Positions 29,716-38,899 of a stretch of 64,000 bases of DNA are shown here, piece by piece. Below the pieces are notes generated by a model. That model was given only the letters and a program-made list of their open reading frames with translations. It did not search any database and was not told the origin of the DNA. The translations under genes were made by a program, and so were the position numbers. The number at the start of each line of letters is the position of its first letter. Positions within the stretch are counted from its first letter, which is position 1. The stretch comes from Bacteroidales bacterium (GTDB taxonomy: Bacteria; Bacteroidota; Bacteroidia; Bacteroidales; ML635J-15): positions 1,212-65,211 of the forward strand of contig QKHS01000085.1 of NCBI GenBank assembly GCA_003249955.1, in the 5' to 3' direction.

Positions 29716-30171
29716 ATGAAACCTGTAAGTCTTTCGCAAATAGAAACGTTTCTTAAAAGTGAATCGTTTGTCTTGTTCGGAGTTTCTGAAAATAAAAATA
29801 AAACAGGAAATGCAATAATGAAAGAACTCTCAGGAAAAGGGTATAATATATTTCCTGTTCACAGAGAAATGGAAAGCATAGAAGGTCATAAGTGCTTCAG
29901 AAATATAGAGTCTTTGCCGGAGAAAGTAGAATCGGCTATAATATGTACAAAACCAGAAAATACTGTATTGATTCTGAAAGAACTTAAGCAAAACGGGATT
30001 TCAAATGTGTGGATGCAATTGGGGGCATGTAATGACGAAATTTATGCAAAATCGGTTGAGGAATTTGATAATTTTATTTATAAAAAATGCATTTTTATGT
30101 TTGCAAACCCGGTAGGTGTTCACAAATTTCATTCAGGAATAACAAAATTATTTGGTAAATATCCTAAATAA
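29716..30171 (+). CDS. CoA-binding domain protein (YccU/YneT-like)
   Basis: 151 aa. FVLFGVSENKNKTGNAIMKEL...GYNIFPV fits the CoA_binding_2 architecture. Confidence 0.7.
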   Translation: MKPVSLSQIETFLKSESFVLFGVSENKNKTGNAIMKELSGKGYNIFPVHREMESIEGHKCFRNIESLPEKVESAIICTKPENTVLILKELKQNGISNVWMQLGACNDEIYAKSVEEFDNFIYKKCIFMFANPVGVHKFHSGITKLFGKYPK

Positions 30172-30225
30172 AAAGCCATACGAAACTTTACCAACAGGAA
30201 CCTTTATTTATTACAGAAACACAAA

Positions 30226-30966
30226 TCAGTGACACCCGAGATTTATAAATGAATCTCCCCAATCCTGTCCGTTATCTATTATTTCGGGGCAATCTTCTGA
30301 GTATGAATATAATTTCCCGTGTTCAATCTTTTCGATTATCAAAGTTTCTGATGCATTAACTTCGCTGTTTCCCAATGATGAATGGACTGCATGTATGTTT
30401 TTGCAATAAAGACCGCTTGCTTTTAAGTAACCGCTGCCTACGTTGTACATGTACGCGTAGTTGCTTCTGCCGTTAAGTCTGTAATCTCCGGTTGTGGCGT
30501 GGCACCGGAAATGAAGGCTGTCACCTGATAAAATCAAATCAGTAGTCATAATTCCGGCCCATGTTTGTATTGATAAATCGTCGTAATGAAGGGTGTCAAG
30601 AGATTTTAAATCGCAGGTTTCGTAAGCCGTAATATCCTTTAAATACGGACACGAAATGATTATTTTAGGTTTTACTCTTTTTCTCAGCCAGTCTGCTCCG
30701 TTATTGTCTTCAAGAGTTAATTCCTTTCTGACAACATCATGTTTAATGTACGGAATAAGATTTTTTCCGCATGTAACACTAACAGAATAATCCTCGCTAT
30801 AGTCGAAATAAATCTCAAAATCGCTGCGGATTACCACTTTGTTAAAAGCTTCCAGATCGTATTTTTCTGTTTTTTCTTCTCCTGCCGACTTAAAACATCT
30901 GTTTTTATCCGTATCGCAGGAAATTATGAATATCATGACAAAAATTACAGGAAAAATAATTCTCAT
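30226..30966 (-). CDS. DUF2807/head-GIN-domain-like lipoprotein
   Basis: 246 aa with lipobox (FIISC). The F.KV....FEIYF...YSVSV.CG.NL pattern is typical of putative auto-transporter adhesin head GIN domain proteins. Confidence 0.6.
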   Translation of the reverse strand: MRIIFPVIFVMIFIISCDTDKNRCFKSAGEEKTEKYDLEAFNKVVIRSDFEIYFDYSEDYSVSVTCGKNLIPYIKHDVVRKELTLEDNNGADWLRKRVKPKIIISCPYLKDITAYETCDLKSLDTLHYDDLSIQTWAGIMTTDLILSGDSLHFRCHATTGDYRLNGRSNYAYMYNVGSGYLKASGLYCKNIHAVHSSLGNSEVNASETLIIEKIEHGKLYSYSEDCPEIIDNGQDWGDSFINLGCH

Positions 30967-30980
30967 ATCAGTAAAAAAAA

Positions 30981-30988
30981 TATTTTTG
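30981..30988 (+). promoter_or_regulatory. -7 box TAnnTTTG
   Basis: TATTTTTG, 27 nt upstream of the mltG ATG. Confidence 0.5.
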
Positions 30989-31014
30989 CTAAGATAATAT
31001 TTAAATGATTTCAG

Positions 31015-32058
31015 ATGTCGAAAAAGAAGAAAGTATTCCTGATAATTTTTGTGGTTTTTATTGTTTTGGCTATTGCAGGGTATGTGTTAGGAAGTAAATA
31101 TTACGGATATATCTACGGACCTAATGTTAAAGTTGAACAGGAACCGGCTTATATTCATATACCCAACGGATCGGATTATAACGATGTTTTGCAGATACTT
31201 GACGAATCGGGATATGTGATTGATATGGAATCTTTTAAACTTGTGGCCGAGAGAAAAAACTATTCTTCGAAGGTTCTGGCCGGACGCTATGAGATACACG
31301 ACGGGATGTCCAACAACGAACTGGTAAATTTGCTGAGAAGCGGAAAGCAATCACCGGTAAGGTTGAGTTTTATTTCTGTCCGCAGCCTTGATATTCTGGC
31401 CGGAAAGGTAGCTGTGTATATTGAGGCTGATTCTGCTCAGATTGCCAATCTTTTAAAAGATCCCGATATTGTAGCAAAATACGGATTTAATGATAAAACT
31501 TTTATGTCGATGTTTATTCCCAACACTTATGAATTTTACTGGAATACTTCGGCCGAAAAGTTTGTTGAGAGAATGGCGGAAGAATACAAAAAATTCTGGA
31601 GCGAGGACAGAAAACAAAAAGCTGCAAATATGGGAATGTCACAATCAGAAGTAAGCACACTTGCTTCTATTGTAGAAGCCGAGACTCAGAAAAATGATGA
31701 GAAATCAAGAGTTGCCGGAGTGTACATAAACAGAATAAATAAAGGAATTTTACTTCAGGCAGATCCTACAGTTGTTTATGCTGTAGGAGATTTTACAATT
31801 CAACGTGTGCTTAACAGGCATTTGCAGATTGATTCGCCGTATAATACATATATTTATGCCGGATTACCTCCGGGGCCTATAAATATTCCTTCGGTAAGTT
31901 CAATTGATGCAGTGCTGAATTATGAAAAACACAATTATTTATTTTTCTGTGCAAAAGATGATTTCTCGGGATATCATGTCTTTGCTGTGACAAATGCCCA
32001 GCATGAAGCTAATGCCCGCAAATATCATCAGGCTCTGCGTAAGGCGGGAATAAGATAA
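31015..32058 (+). CDS. mltG: endolytic peptidoglycan transglycosylase MltG (YceG family)
   Basis: 347 aa with a single N-terminal TM segment. Blocks ASIVEAETQKNDE, LQADPTVVYA and SPYNTYIYAGLPPGPI. Confidence 0.9.
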   Translation: MSKKKKVFLIIFVVFIVLAIAGYVLGSKYYGYIYGPNVKVEQEPAYIHIPNGSDYNDVLQILDESGYVIDMESFKLVAERKNYSSKVLAGRYEIHDGMSNNELVNLLRSGKQSPVRLSFISVRSLDILAGKVAVYIEADSAQIANLLKDPDIVAKYGFNDKTFMSMFIPNTYEFYWNTSAEKFVERMAEEYKKFWSEDRKQKAANMGMSQSEVSTLASIVEAETQKNDEKSRVAGVYINRINKGILLQADPTVVYAVGDFTIQRVLNRHLQIDSPYNTYIYAGLPPGPINIPSVSSIDAVLNYEKHNYLFFCAKDDFSGYHVFAVTNAQHEANARKYHQALRKAGIR

Positions 32059-32114
32059 AGTTGAAAATAATAAATTCCAAAACACAATCCGCTGCGGCGG
32101 ACAAATGACAAAAG

Positions 32115-32171
32115 TGCCTTTGGCTACGCTCAGTCAACGGATATTCTGTTGACTGAGCGTAGCCGAAGGCA
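32115..32171. repeat. REPIN-like perfect hairpin (24-bp stem, 9-nt loop)
   Basis: TGCCTTTGGCTACGCTCAGTCAAC / GGATATTCT / GTTGACTGAGCGTAGCCGAAGGCA (one G-T pair). The right arm plus 4 nt recurs at 27269-27296 with a single mismatch. Confidence 0.85.
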
Positions 32172-32183
32172 ACAAACAACAAA

Positions 32184-32246
32184 AATCCCAAATTGCAAAT
32201 TCTGCAACGTATGCCGGAATTTGTAATTTGGGATTAGCTTTTTTTT
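32184..32246. terminator. probable bidirectional terminator between mltG and the DUF3127 gene
   Basis: AATCCCAAATTGCAAATTC / 14-nt loop / GAATTTGTAATTTGGGATT. About 19-bp stem. T8 follows on the + strand and a T-rich tract follows on the - strand. Confidence 0.6.
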
Positions 32247-32253
32247 AATTTCC

Positions 32254-32619
32254 TTAGAACGGTAAGTCGTCACCCGGATCATCTTCCAGATCGAAAGGAA
32301 TATCTTTTTCTGAAATCGGGGGTAAATCAGAAACAGGCGGTCTGCTACCTCCTGATGAATTAAGTTCAACTTTCCAGCATTTAAGATCGGTGTACCAGTT
32401 ATTATTATATTCGCGGCTTTCGACATCGAAATATACTTTTACTATATCTGATTCTGTTACAGAGCCGAGTTCAACTTTGTCACCCCAGGCGGTAAAGCAA
32501 ACCTTTTTAGGATAGTCAGCCTGAGTTTCGATAACGAAATTCTGCTTTTTCCATGGTCCGTTTTTACCTTCGCCGGTAATAACGTCTAATTTTTTAATGA
32601 GTTTTCCTGTAATTTCCAT
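32254..32619 (-). CDS. DUF3127-like small protein with an SSB-type acidic C-terminal tip
   Basis: 121 aa. The N-terminus MEITGKLIKKLDVITGEGKNGPWKKQNFVIET matches my memory of DUF3127. The C-terminus is EKDIPFDLEDDPGDDLPF. Confidence 0.75.
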   Translation of the reverse strand: MEITGKLIKKLDVITGEGKNGPWKKQNFVIETQADYPKKVCFTAWGDKVELGSVTESDIVKVYFDVESREYNNNWYTDLKCWKVELNSSGGSRPPVSDLPPISEKDIPFDLEDDPGDDLPF

Positions 32620-32691
32620 AATCGGTTATTTTAAAAACAAACTTCAGGACTGTGATAGTCCTGAAGTTCGTAAGGTTAATAAAATCAGGTA

Positions 32692-35400
32692 TTATGACTG
32701 TTTTATATTTGCATGAGCAGCAGCCAATCTTGCGATAGGAACTCTGAAAGGAGAGCATGAAACATAGTTTAATCCCATTCTGTTGCAGAATTCAACAGAA
32801 GCCGGATCACCACCCTGTTCACCACATATACCTACTTTAAGTTTGTTGCGTGTGTTACGGCCTTTTACAACAGCCATTTCGATAAGCTGGCCAACACCGT
32901 CCTGATCAATAGTCTGGAAAGGATCTGCCGGCATTACTTTTTTATCGAGATAATCCTGCATAAATCCGCTAACGTCATCACGGCTGAATCCGAATGTCAT
33001 CTGGGTAAGGTCATTTGTGCCGAAAGAGAAGAATTCAGCAGTTTCTGCCATACGGTTTGCAAGAAGACATGCTCTCGGAATTTCGATCATTGTTCCGTAA
33101 AGACAAGGAATTTCCATACCGAATTTTTCTTCAGTTTCTTTTTTTACTTTATTGAAAATAACTTTTGATATGTTTAATTCGTTAACGTCGCATGTAACGG
33201 GAACCATAATTTCCGGCATCGGGTTTTTACCATCTTTTGTAAGTTCGGCAGCAGCTTCGAGTAAAGCACGGAACTGCATTTCGGTAATTGCAGGATAAGT
33301 AATTCCCAAACGAACACCACGGTGACCCATCATTGGGTTAGTTTCGTGAAGTTTGTCAACGCGGACTGCTACTTCTTCAGCACTGATTCCGATAACTTTA
33401 GCGATTTCAGCCTGTTTTTCTGCAGTGTGAGGAGCAAACTCATGTAGCGGCGGATCAAGTAATCTGAATGTTACAGGTAATCCGTTCATTACATCCATTG
33501 TTCCTTTCATGTCACGTTTTACAAACGGAGCAAGTTCGTTGATTGCAGCAAGGCGTTCTTCGTCGGTAGAAGCAAGAATCATTTTGCGAAGGATAAACAA
33601 AGGCTCATCAGCACCTTTACCATAGAACATGTGTTCTGTACGGAAAAGTCCGATACCTTCGGCTCCGAAATCGCGTGCTGTTTTTGCGTCTTCAGGAGTA
33701 TCTGCATTTGTGCGAACGCCCATTCTGCGGAATTTGTCTGCCATAGACATAAACTTCTGGAAACGTGGGTTTTCGGTAGCATCCATCAAGTCGAGAGAAA
33801 CATTGTAAACGTGACCTTTTGTTCCGTTTAAGGTAATGATGTCTCCTTCTTTAATTGTAATATCTGAATCTTTAATTGTTGCGGTTTTTGTAGTTTCGTT
33901 TACTTCCATAGTACCGGCACCAACTATACAGCATTTTCCCCATCCGCGGGCAACAAGAGCTGCGTGAGATGTCATACCTCCGAGAGCTGTAAGAATACCG
34001 TCAGCAACGCGCATACCTTCAACGTCTTCAGGATTTGTTTCTTTACGAACCAGAATAACTCTTTCTCCTTTACGTGATAATGCAACAGCATCTTCGGCAG
34101 AGAAAACAACTTTTCCTACAGCAGCACCAGGGCCTGCAGGTAATCCTTTTACAATAGGAGTAGCTTTGCTTTCAGAAGAAGGATTAACGATAGGGTGTAA
34201 TAATTCGTCAAGTTGAGCAGGGTCGAGACGTAAAACAGCAGTTTTTTCGTCGATGCGTCCTTCTTCGAGCATATCCATAGCCATGTTAAGAGCAGCGGTT
34301 CCGGTTCTTTTACCTACGCGGCACTGTAACATGTATAATTTACCTTCCTGAACGGTAAATTCAATGTCAAGCATATCTTTGAAAGTATCTTCGAGTGTAG
34401 TACGGATGTCACACAATTCTTTGTAAATTACAGGATATTGTTCCTGCATTGACATTAAATGCTTGTTTTGTTCATTTTTTGTGTCATCGTTAAGCGGACT
34501 CGGAGTGCGGATACCTGCAACTACGTCTTCGCCCTGAGCATTAACAAGCCATTCTCCGTAGAAAATATTGTCACCTGTTGCCGGGTTTCTGGTAAAAGCA
34601 ACACCTGTAGCAGAAGAATCTCCCATGTTGCCGAAAACCATTGCCTGAACATTAACAGCAGTTCCCCAATCGTCAGGAATACCTTCGATACGACGGTAAG
34701 AAACAGCTTTTTTGCCATTCCAGCTTTTGAAAACAGCTTTGATACCGCCTTCGAGCTGAGCTCTTGCATCATCAGGGAATTCAGTTCCCAAAACTTCTTT
34801 AACTTTTTTCTTGAACTTGTCAGCCAGAATCATCAGATCGTCGGTTGTTAATTCAGTGTCTGATTTAAGGCCTTTTGCATGTTTGTATTCATCAAGCATT
34901 TCGTCAAGCTGGCGACGGATGTTTTTATCCAGACCTTCGGCTTTGTCCATAACTACATCAGCATACATCATAATCAAACGACGGTATGAGTCATAAACAA
35001 AACGAGGGTTGTTTGTTTTCTTAATCAAACCTGGTATTGTTGCAGAACTAAGACCAATATTTAATACAGTGTCCATCATTCCAGGCATAGAACTACGTGC
35101 ACCTGAACGACATGATACCAATAATGCATTGTCTCCGTCACCGTATTTCATACCCATAGCTTCTTCAACTTTTTCCATTGCTGCCCATACATCATCCATG
35201 AGAGTAGCCGGAAGCTGGCAATTGTTTTCGTAATATTCGGTACAGGTATCTGTGGTAATTGTTAAACCGGCAGGTACCGGTAATCCTAATAAACACATTT
35301 CTGCCAGATTGGCACCTTTTCCACCAAGCAGATTTTTCATAGTGCTGTCACCTTCGGCTTGCTTGTTTCCGAATGAGTAAACTCTTTTTACATTTGTCAT
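32692..35400 (-). CDS. ppdK: pyruvate, phosphate dikinase
   Basis: 902 aa. Diagnostic blocks GGKGANLAEM, phosphohistidine region GGMTSHAALVARGWGK and C-terminal FFSFGTNDLTQ...CGEQGGDP. Confidence 0.97.
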   Translation of the reverse strand: MTNVKRVYSFGNKQAEGDSTMKNLLGGKGANLAEMCLLGLPVPAGLTITTDTCTEYYENNCQLPATLMDDVWAAMEKVEEAMGMKYGDGDNALLVSCRSGARSSMPGMMDTVLNIGLSSATIPGLIKKTNNPRFVYDSYRRLIMMYADVVMDKAEGLDKNIRRQLDEMLDEYKHAKGLKSDTELTTDDLMILADKFKKKVKEVLGTEFPDDARAQLEGGIKAVFKSWNGKKAVSYRRIEGIPDDWGTAVNVQAMVFGNMGDSSATGVAFTRNPATGDNIFYGEWLVNAQGEDVVAGIRTPSPLNDDTKNEQNKHLMSMQEQYPVIYKELCDIRTTLEDTFKDMLDIEFTVQEGKLYMLQCRVGKRTGTAALNMAMDMLEEGRIDEKTAVLRLDPAQLDELLHPIVNPSSESKATPIVKGLPAGPGAAVGKVVFSAEDAVALSRKGERVILVRKETNPEDVEGMRVADGILTALGGMTSHAALVARGWGKCCIVGAGTMEVNETTKTATIKDSDITIKEGDIITLNGTKGHVYNVSLDLMDATENPRFQKFMSMADKFRRMGVRTNADTPEDAKTARDFGAEGIGLFRTEHMFYGKGADEPLFILRKMILASTDEERLAAINELAPFVKRDMKGTMDVMNGLPVTFRLLDPPLHEFAPHTAEKQAEIAKVIGISAEEVAVRVDKLHETNPMMGHRGVRLGITYPAITEMQFRALLEAAAELTKDGKNPMPEIMVPVTCDVNELNISKVIFNKVKKETEEKFGMEIPCLYGTMIEIPRACLLANRMAETAEFFSFGTNDLTQMTFGFSRDDVSGFMQDYLDKKVMPADPFQTIDQDGVGQLIEMAVVKGRNTRNKLKVGICGEQGGDPASVEFCNRMGLNYVSCSPFRVPIARLAAAHANIKQS

Positions 35401-35743
35401 CTTAAACTGTAATTTATTGATAATAAGTATTTTAAGCTAAAAATTCACGTTTTTTTTAAGCATTCAAAAATACTTAAAAAAAATGTTTTATAAAAGTTTT
35501 TTAGCCTGAATTATATGTTTATTTTTAAACATTGGTTAATAATTGATAAAAAGTGCATATTATTATTGAAAAATAAACCTGATTAATGAAAAACGAAGCG
35601 GAAACGGAGGTGATTAATACAAAACGGCACAGGGCATTATGTAAAAAAGTGATATAAGTAAGCTTCTTATCCGGACGGAATTTGCAGTTATAATCATTTT
35701 TCCGCATTTGTAAACAAACTTTATAATAAGAGATTTTAAAGAT

Positions 35744-36382
35744 ATGAAAGATATTTTGAAAGCAATATTCCCTCAGTTAAATGATGAAAGCCTTCTGGCA
35801 GAGATAAGTGAGAATGCTGTGCTGAAAGATTTTTCAAGGGGAGATGTTATTGTGGATCAGGGAACTCATATCAGAATAATTCCGTTGGTTACAAAGGGAG
35901 AGGTTAAGATTATGAGAAGAGAGGAGTCGGGAGCCGGATTGTATCTGTATTCTCTGCACAGGGGGGATATTTGTGCTATGTCAGTTTCATGTTGTATAAA
36001 CCGAACTAAAACAAATGTTATGGCAGTTGCAGACACTGATACAGAGATTCTGATGATTCCGTCCTATTTTATGGATGCATGGATTGTAAAATACCAGATA
36101 TGGCGTGCTTTTGTTTTCGGGAATTACCGCAACAAATTTGACGAATTGCTGGATAGTCTTAATTCTATAGCCTTTTTGAAGCTTGAAGAAAGACTGGAGC
36201 GGTTTTTAATTATAAGGACTGCAAAAACGAACGGCGTTTTAAAAATGACTCACAATGCTATTGCCGAAGAACTTAATTCTACCCGCGAAGTAATTTCACG
36301 CCATCTTAAACAAATGGAAGTCGCCGGAAAAATTGAAATAAAAAGAAATGAAATAATATTGAAGTCAGTGAGAGAAGTCTGA
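35744..36382 (+). CDS. Crp/Fnr family transcriptional regulator
   Basis: 212 aa. cNMP-binding-like N-terminus and C-terminal HTH (THNAIAEELNSTREVISRHLKQME). Confidence 0.8.
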   Translation: MKDILKAIFPQLNDESLLAEISENAVLKDFSRGDVIVDQGTHIRIIPLVTKGEVKIMRREESGAGLYLYSLHRGDICAMSVSCCINRTKTNVMAVADTDTEILMIPSYFMDAWIVKYQIWRAFVFGNYRNKFDELLDSLNSIAFLKLEERLERFLIIRTAKTNGVLKMTHNAIAEELNSTREVISRHLKQMEVAGKIEIKRNEIILKSVREV

Positions 36383-36428
36383 CTTTGTTCATTTCTTTAA
36401 AATTCCCAGAGATATTTTATAAATTAAA

Positions 36429-36458
36429 AAAGTCAGACCTGCATGCAAATCTGACTTT
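36429..36458. terminator. hairpin between convergent genes
   Basis: AAAGTCAGA / 12-nt loop / TCTGACTTT, followed by a T-rich tract. Lies between the stops at 36382 (+) and 36479 (-). Confidence 0.45.
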
Positions 36459-36478
36459 CTCTGACTTATTTTTGGTTT

Positions 36479-37276
36479 TTAATAAGCAAATCCTCCTAAT
36501 TTTACAATATCTGTTCTCGGATTAACACACATAATCGGAACTTTCTTTGATAATTCAATATTACGCGCCCGTTTTAAATCTGTAATTGATTTCCTGTATT
36601 TATCTGTCATAAACAATACAACATCAGGTTCTATTTCGTTCATGTAGTCATACATGTTATCAGCGAAGTTTGTTTCGGGAACAGCTTTAATCTCAAAATC
36701 CATATTGTCTTTTTCGAATACTGATGTAGCAAACATTAAGTTGCTGTTAATTTCAGCTTTTCTTGTTGAATCACTGGTTTCAGGGTAAACAATATATACT
36801 TTGCTTTCAAACAGGTTATTCAGATATTTTACCCACAAAAATTTAGCTCTTGACTTTTTGTCGTCATCAACAGGGACGCATATTTTATCATATTCGCCAT
36901 AGTTTATAGGACGTTGAACAAGGATAAAAGGTATTTTAACAAATTTCTGAATTACTTTCATTGCACGTTTGATTGTTTTCAGCCCGTGAGTTCCCATAAC
37001 GGCAAGGTAAGCATTAGCTTCTATACCGTAATTATAGATAGTTTCAAAAAGATTTCCGGCTTTGACTACAGCTTCAACTTTATAATTATGTTTTTCAGCA
37101 AATTTGTCGGCAATTTTCTTTAGTTCGGAGTGCCATTCTTCTATCTCACGTTCGCTCTGAACAACATATAAAAGATGAATAGGGTATTTGGAAATTCTGG
37201 CTAATTCATATGCATGATCCAACGCAAAATTCGCTTCGTTACTGAAATCAAAAGGAACTAATATACACTTCTCCAT
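36479..37276 (-). CDS. universal stress protein (tandem UspA domains)
   Basis: 265 aa. The ILVPFDFS...ALDHA and VMGTHG motifs are typical of Usp domains. Confidence 0.8.
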   Translation of the reverse strand: MEKCILVPFDFSNEANFALDHAYELARISKYPIHLLYVVQSEREIEEWHSELKKIADKFAEKHNYKVEAVVKAGNLFETIYNYGIEANAYLAVMGTHGLKTIKRAMKVIQKFVKIPFILVQRPINYGEYDKICVPVDDDKKSRAKFLWVKYLNNLFESKVYIVYPETSDSTRKAEINSNLMFATSVFEKDNMDFEIKAVPETNFADNMYDYMNEIEPDVVLFMTDKYRKSITDLKRARNIELSKKVPIMCVNPRTDIVKLGGFAY

Positions 37277-37390
37277 AAATCAATTTTTAGGTTATACTTC
37301 TTAAATAGTGCTCAAATTTTTATAATGTCTATACTCATATAGTATTTTTATGAGTATGTAAATTTAAACAAAAATAATTGAAAAAATGTT

Positions 37391-37398
37391 TATTTTTG
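37391..37398 (+). promoter_or_regulatory. -7 box TAnnTTTG
   Basis: TATTTTTG, 53 nt upstream of the lpdA ATG. Confidence 0.4.
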
Positions 37399-37450
37399 AA
37401 TTATTTTTTTAAAAATAAAGTTTTTAACTTAATTAAATAAACTCGATAAT

Positions 37451-38842
37451 ATGAATTTTGATCTTATTGTATTAGGAAGCGGCCCGGGTGGATATGTCGC
37501 AGCAATCCGCGCATCACAACTGGGAATGAACGTGGCTGTAGTTGAAAAAGCTGAACCGGGAGGGATTTGTCTTAATTGGGGGTGTATTCCTACAAAAGCG
37601 CTTTTAAAAAGTGCACAGGTTTTTAACTACTTTAAGCATTCCGAAGATTATGGAATAATAAATGAAGGTGTTGCAAAACCTGACTTTAATAAAGTTATTG
37701 CACGTAGCCGTGAGGTTGCTGCAAACATGAGTAAGGGAATTGAGTTTCTTTTTAAAAAGAATAAAATAACAGTAATAAAGGGGTTTGGTAAACTTATTTC
37801 TGCAGGTAAAATGCTGGTAACCAAAGAAGACGGAACTACAGAGGAAATAACTGCAAATAATATAATACTTGCCACAGGAGCCAGATCGAAGGAAATGGCA
37901 GGTTTTAAACAGGATGGCAAAAATATTATAGGATACCGTGAAGCATTAAGTCTTGAAAAATTACCCCAGTCGATGGTCGTAATTGGTTCCGGGGCAATAG
38001 GTACCGAGTTGGCATATTTTTACAGTTCCATGGGATGTGAAGTAACTATTGTTGAATTTTTGCCGGAAATTGTTCCTCTGGAAGATGAAGAAGTGTCAAA
38101 ACAACTGGCTCGTTCGTTTAAGAAGGCCGGTATAAAAGTTATGACAGGAACTTCAGTTAAAAATGTTGAAGTGTCAGACGGTAAATGTACCGTTTTTTAT
38201 ACCGACAAAAAAGGAGATGCTCAGATTGAGTGTGAAGTTGTGTTGTCGGCAGTAGGAGTAACGACTAATATTGAAAATATAGGACTCGAAGAGGTTGGAG
38301 TAAAAACCGAAAAAGGGAAGGTGCTTGTGGATGAATTTTACCGCACAAATATCAGTGGCGTTTATGCAATAGGCGACATTGTTCCCGGTCCGGCTCTTGC
38401 TCATGTTGCATCGGCAGAAGCAATTTGCTGTGTAGAAAAAATTGCAGGTCAGAATCCTCCGGTAATTGATTATTCAAATATTCCTTCATGTGTATATACT
38501 GTACCTGAAATTGCTTCGGTAGGTCAAACAGAAAAGGATCTAAAGGAAAAAGGAGTAGAGTATAAAACCGGAAAATTCCCGTTTATTGCTTCGGGAAAAG
38601 CTGCTGCTGCCGGAAATAAAGACGGCTTTGTGAAGTTATTGTTTGACGCTTCTACCGATGAATTATTGGGAGCTCATTTTATCGGAGACAATATTACTGA
38701 AATGATTGCAGAAATGGTTGTGCTGAAAAAACTGGGAGGGAAGGCTAAAGATCTTATAAAATCAATTCACCCGCATCCGAGTTTGTCGGAATCAATTATG
38801 GAAGCTGCCGCTGCAGCACATAACGAAGTTATACATCTGTGA
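37451..38842 (+). CDS. lpdA: dihydrolipoyl dehydrogenase
   Basis: 463 aa. FAD fingerprint GSGPGGYVAAIRA, redox disulfide GGICLNWGCIPTK, and C-terminal HPHPSLSE. Confidence 0.95.
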   Translation: MNFDLIVLGSGPGGYVAAIRASQLGMNVAVVEKAEPGGICLNWGCIPTKALLKSAQVFNYFKHSEDYGIINEGVAKPDFNKVIARSREVAANMSKGIEFLFKKNKITVIKGFGKLISAGKMLVTKEDGTTEEITANNIILATGARSKEMAGFKQDGKNIIGYREALSLEKLPQSMVVIGSGAIGTELAYFYSSMGCEVTIVEFLPEIVPLEDEEVSKQLARSFKKAGIKVMTGTSVKNVEVSDGKCTVFYTDKKGDAQIECEVVLSAVGVTTNIENIGLEEVGVKTEKGKVLVDEFYRTNISGVYAIGDIVPGPALAHVASAEAICCVEKIAGQNPPVIDYSNIPSCVYTVPEIASVGQTEKDLKEKGVEYKTGKFPFIASGKAAAAGNKDGFVKLLFDASTDELLGAHFIGDNITEMIAEMVVLKKLGGKAKDLIKSIHPHPSLSESIMEAAAAAHNEVIHL

Positions 38843-38863
38843 TTTAAACGGTAAGTACCAAAA

Positions 38864-38897
38864 TAAAAAAAAATCCGCGATAGCGGATTTTTTTTTA
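38864..38897. terminator. bidirectional rho-independent terminator
   Basis: A-run / ATCCGC-GATA-GCGGAT / T-run. Lies between the lpdA stop (38842) and the stop of the minus-strand gene at 38900. Confidence 0.8.
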
Positions 38898-38899
38898 TT

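Noticed and set aside
32009-32426. Track ORFs 32009-32191 and 32130-32426.
   Set aside because: They translate the REP-like hairpins and the antisense strand of the DUF3127 gene. They have no plausible start context or family resemblance.
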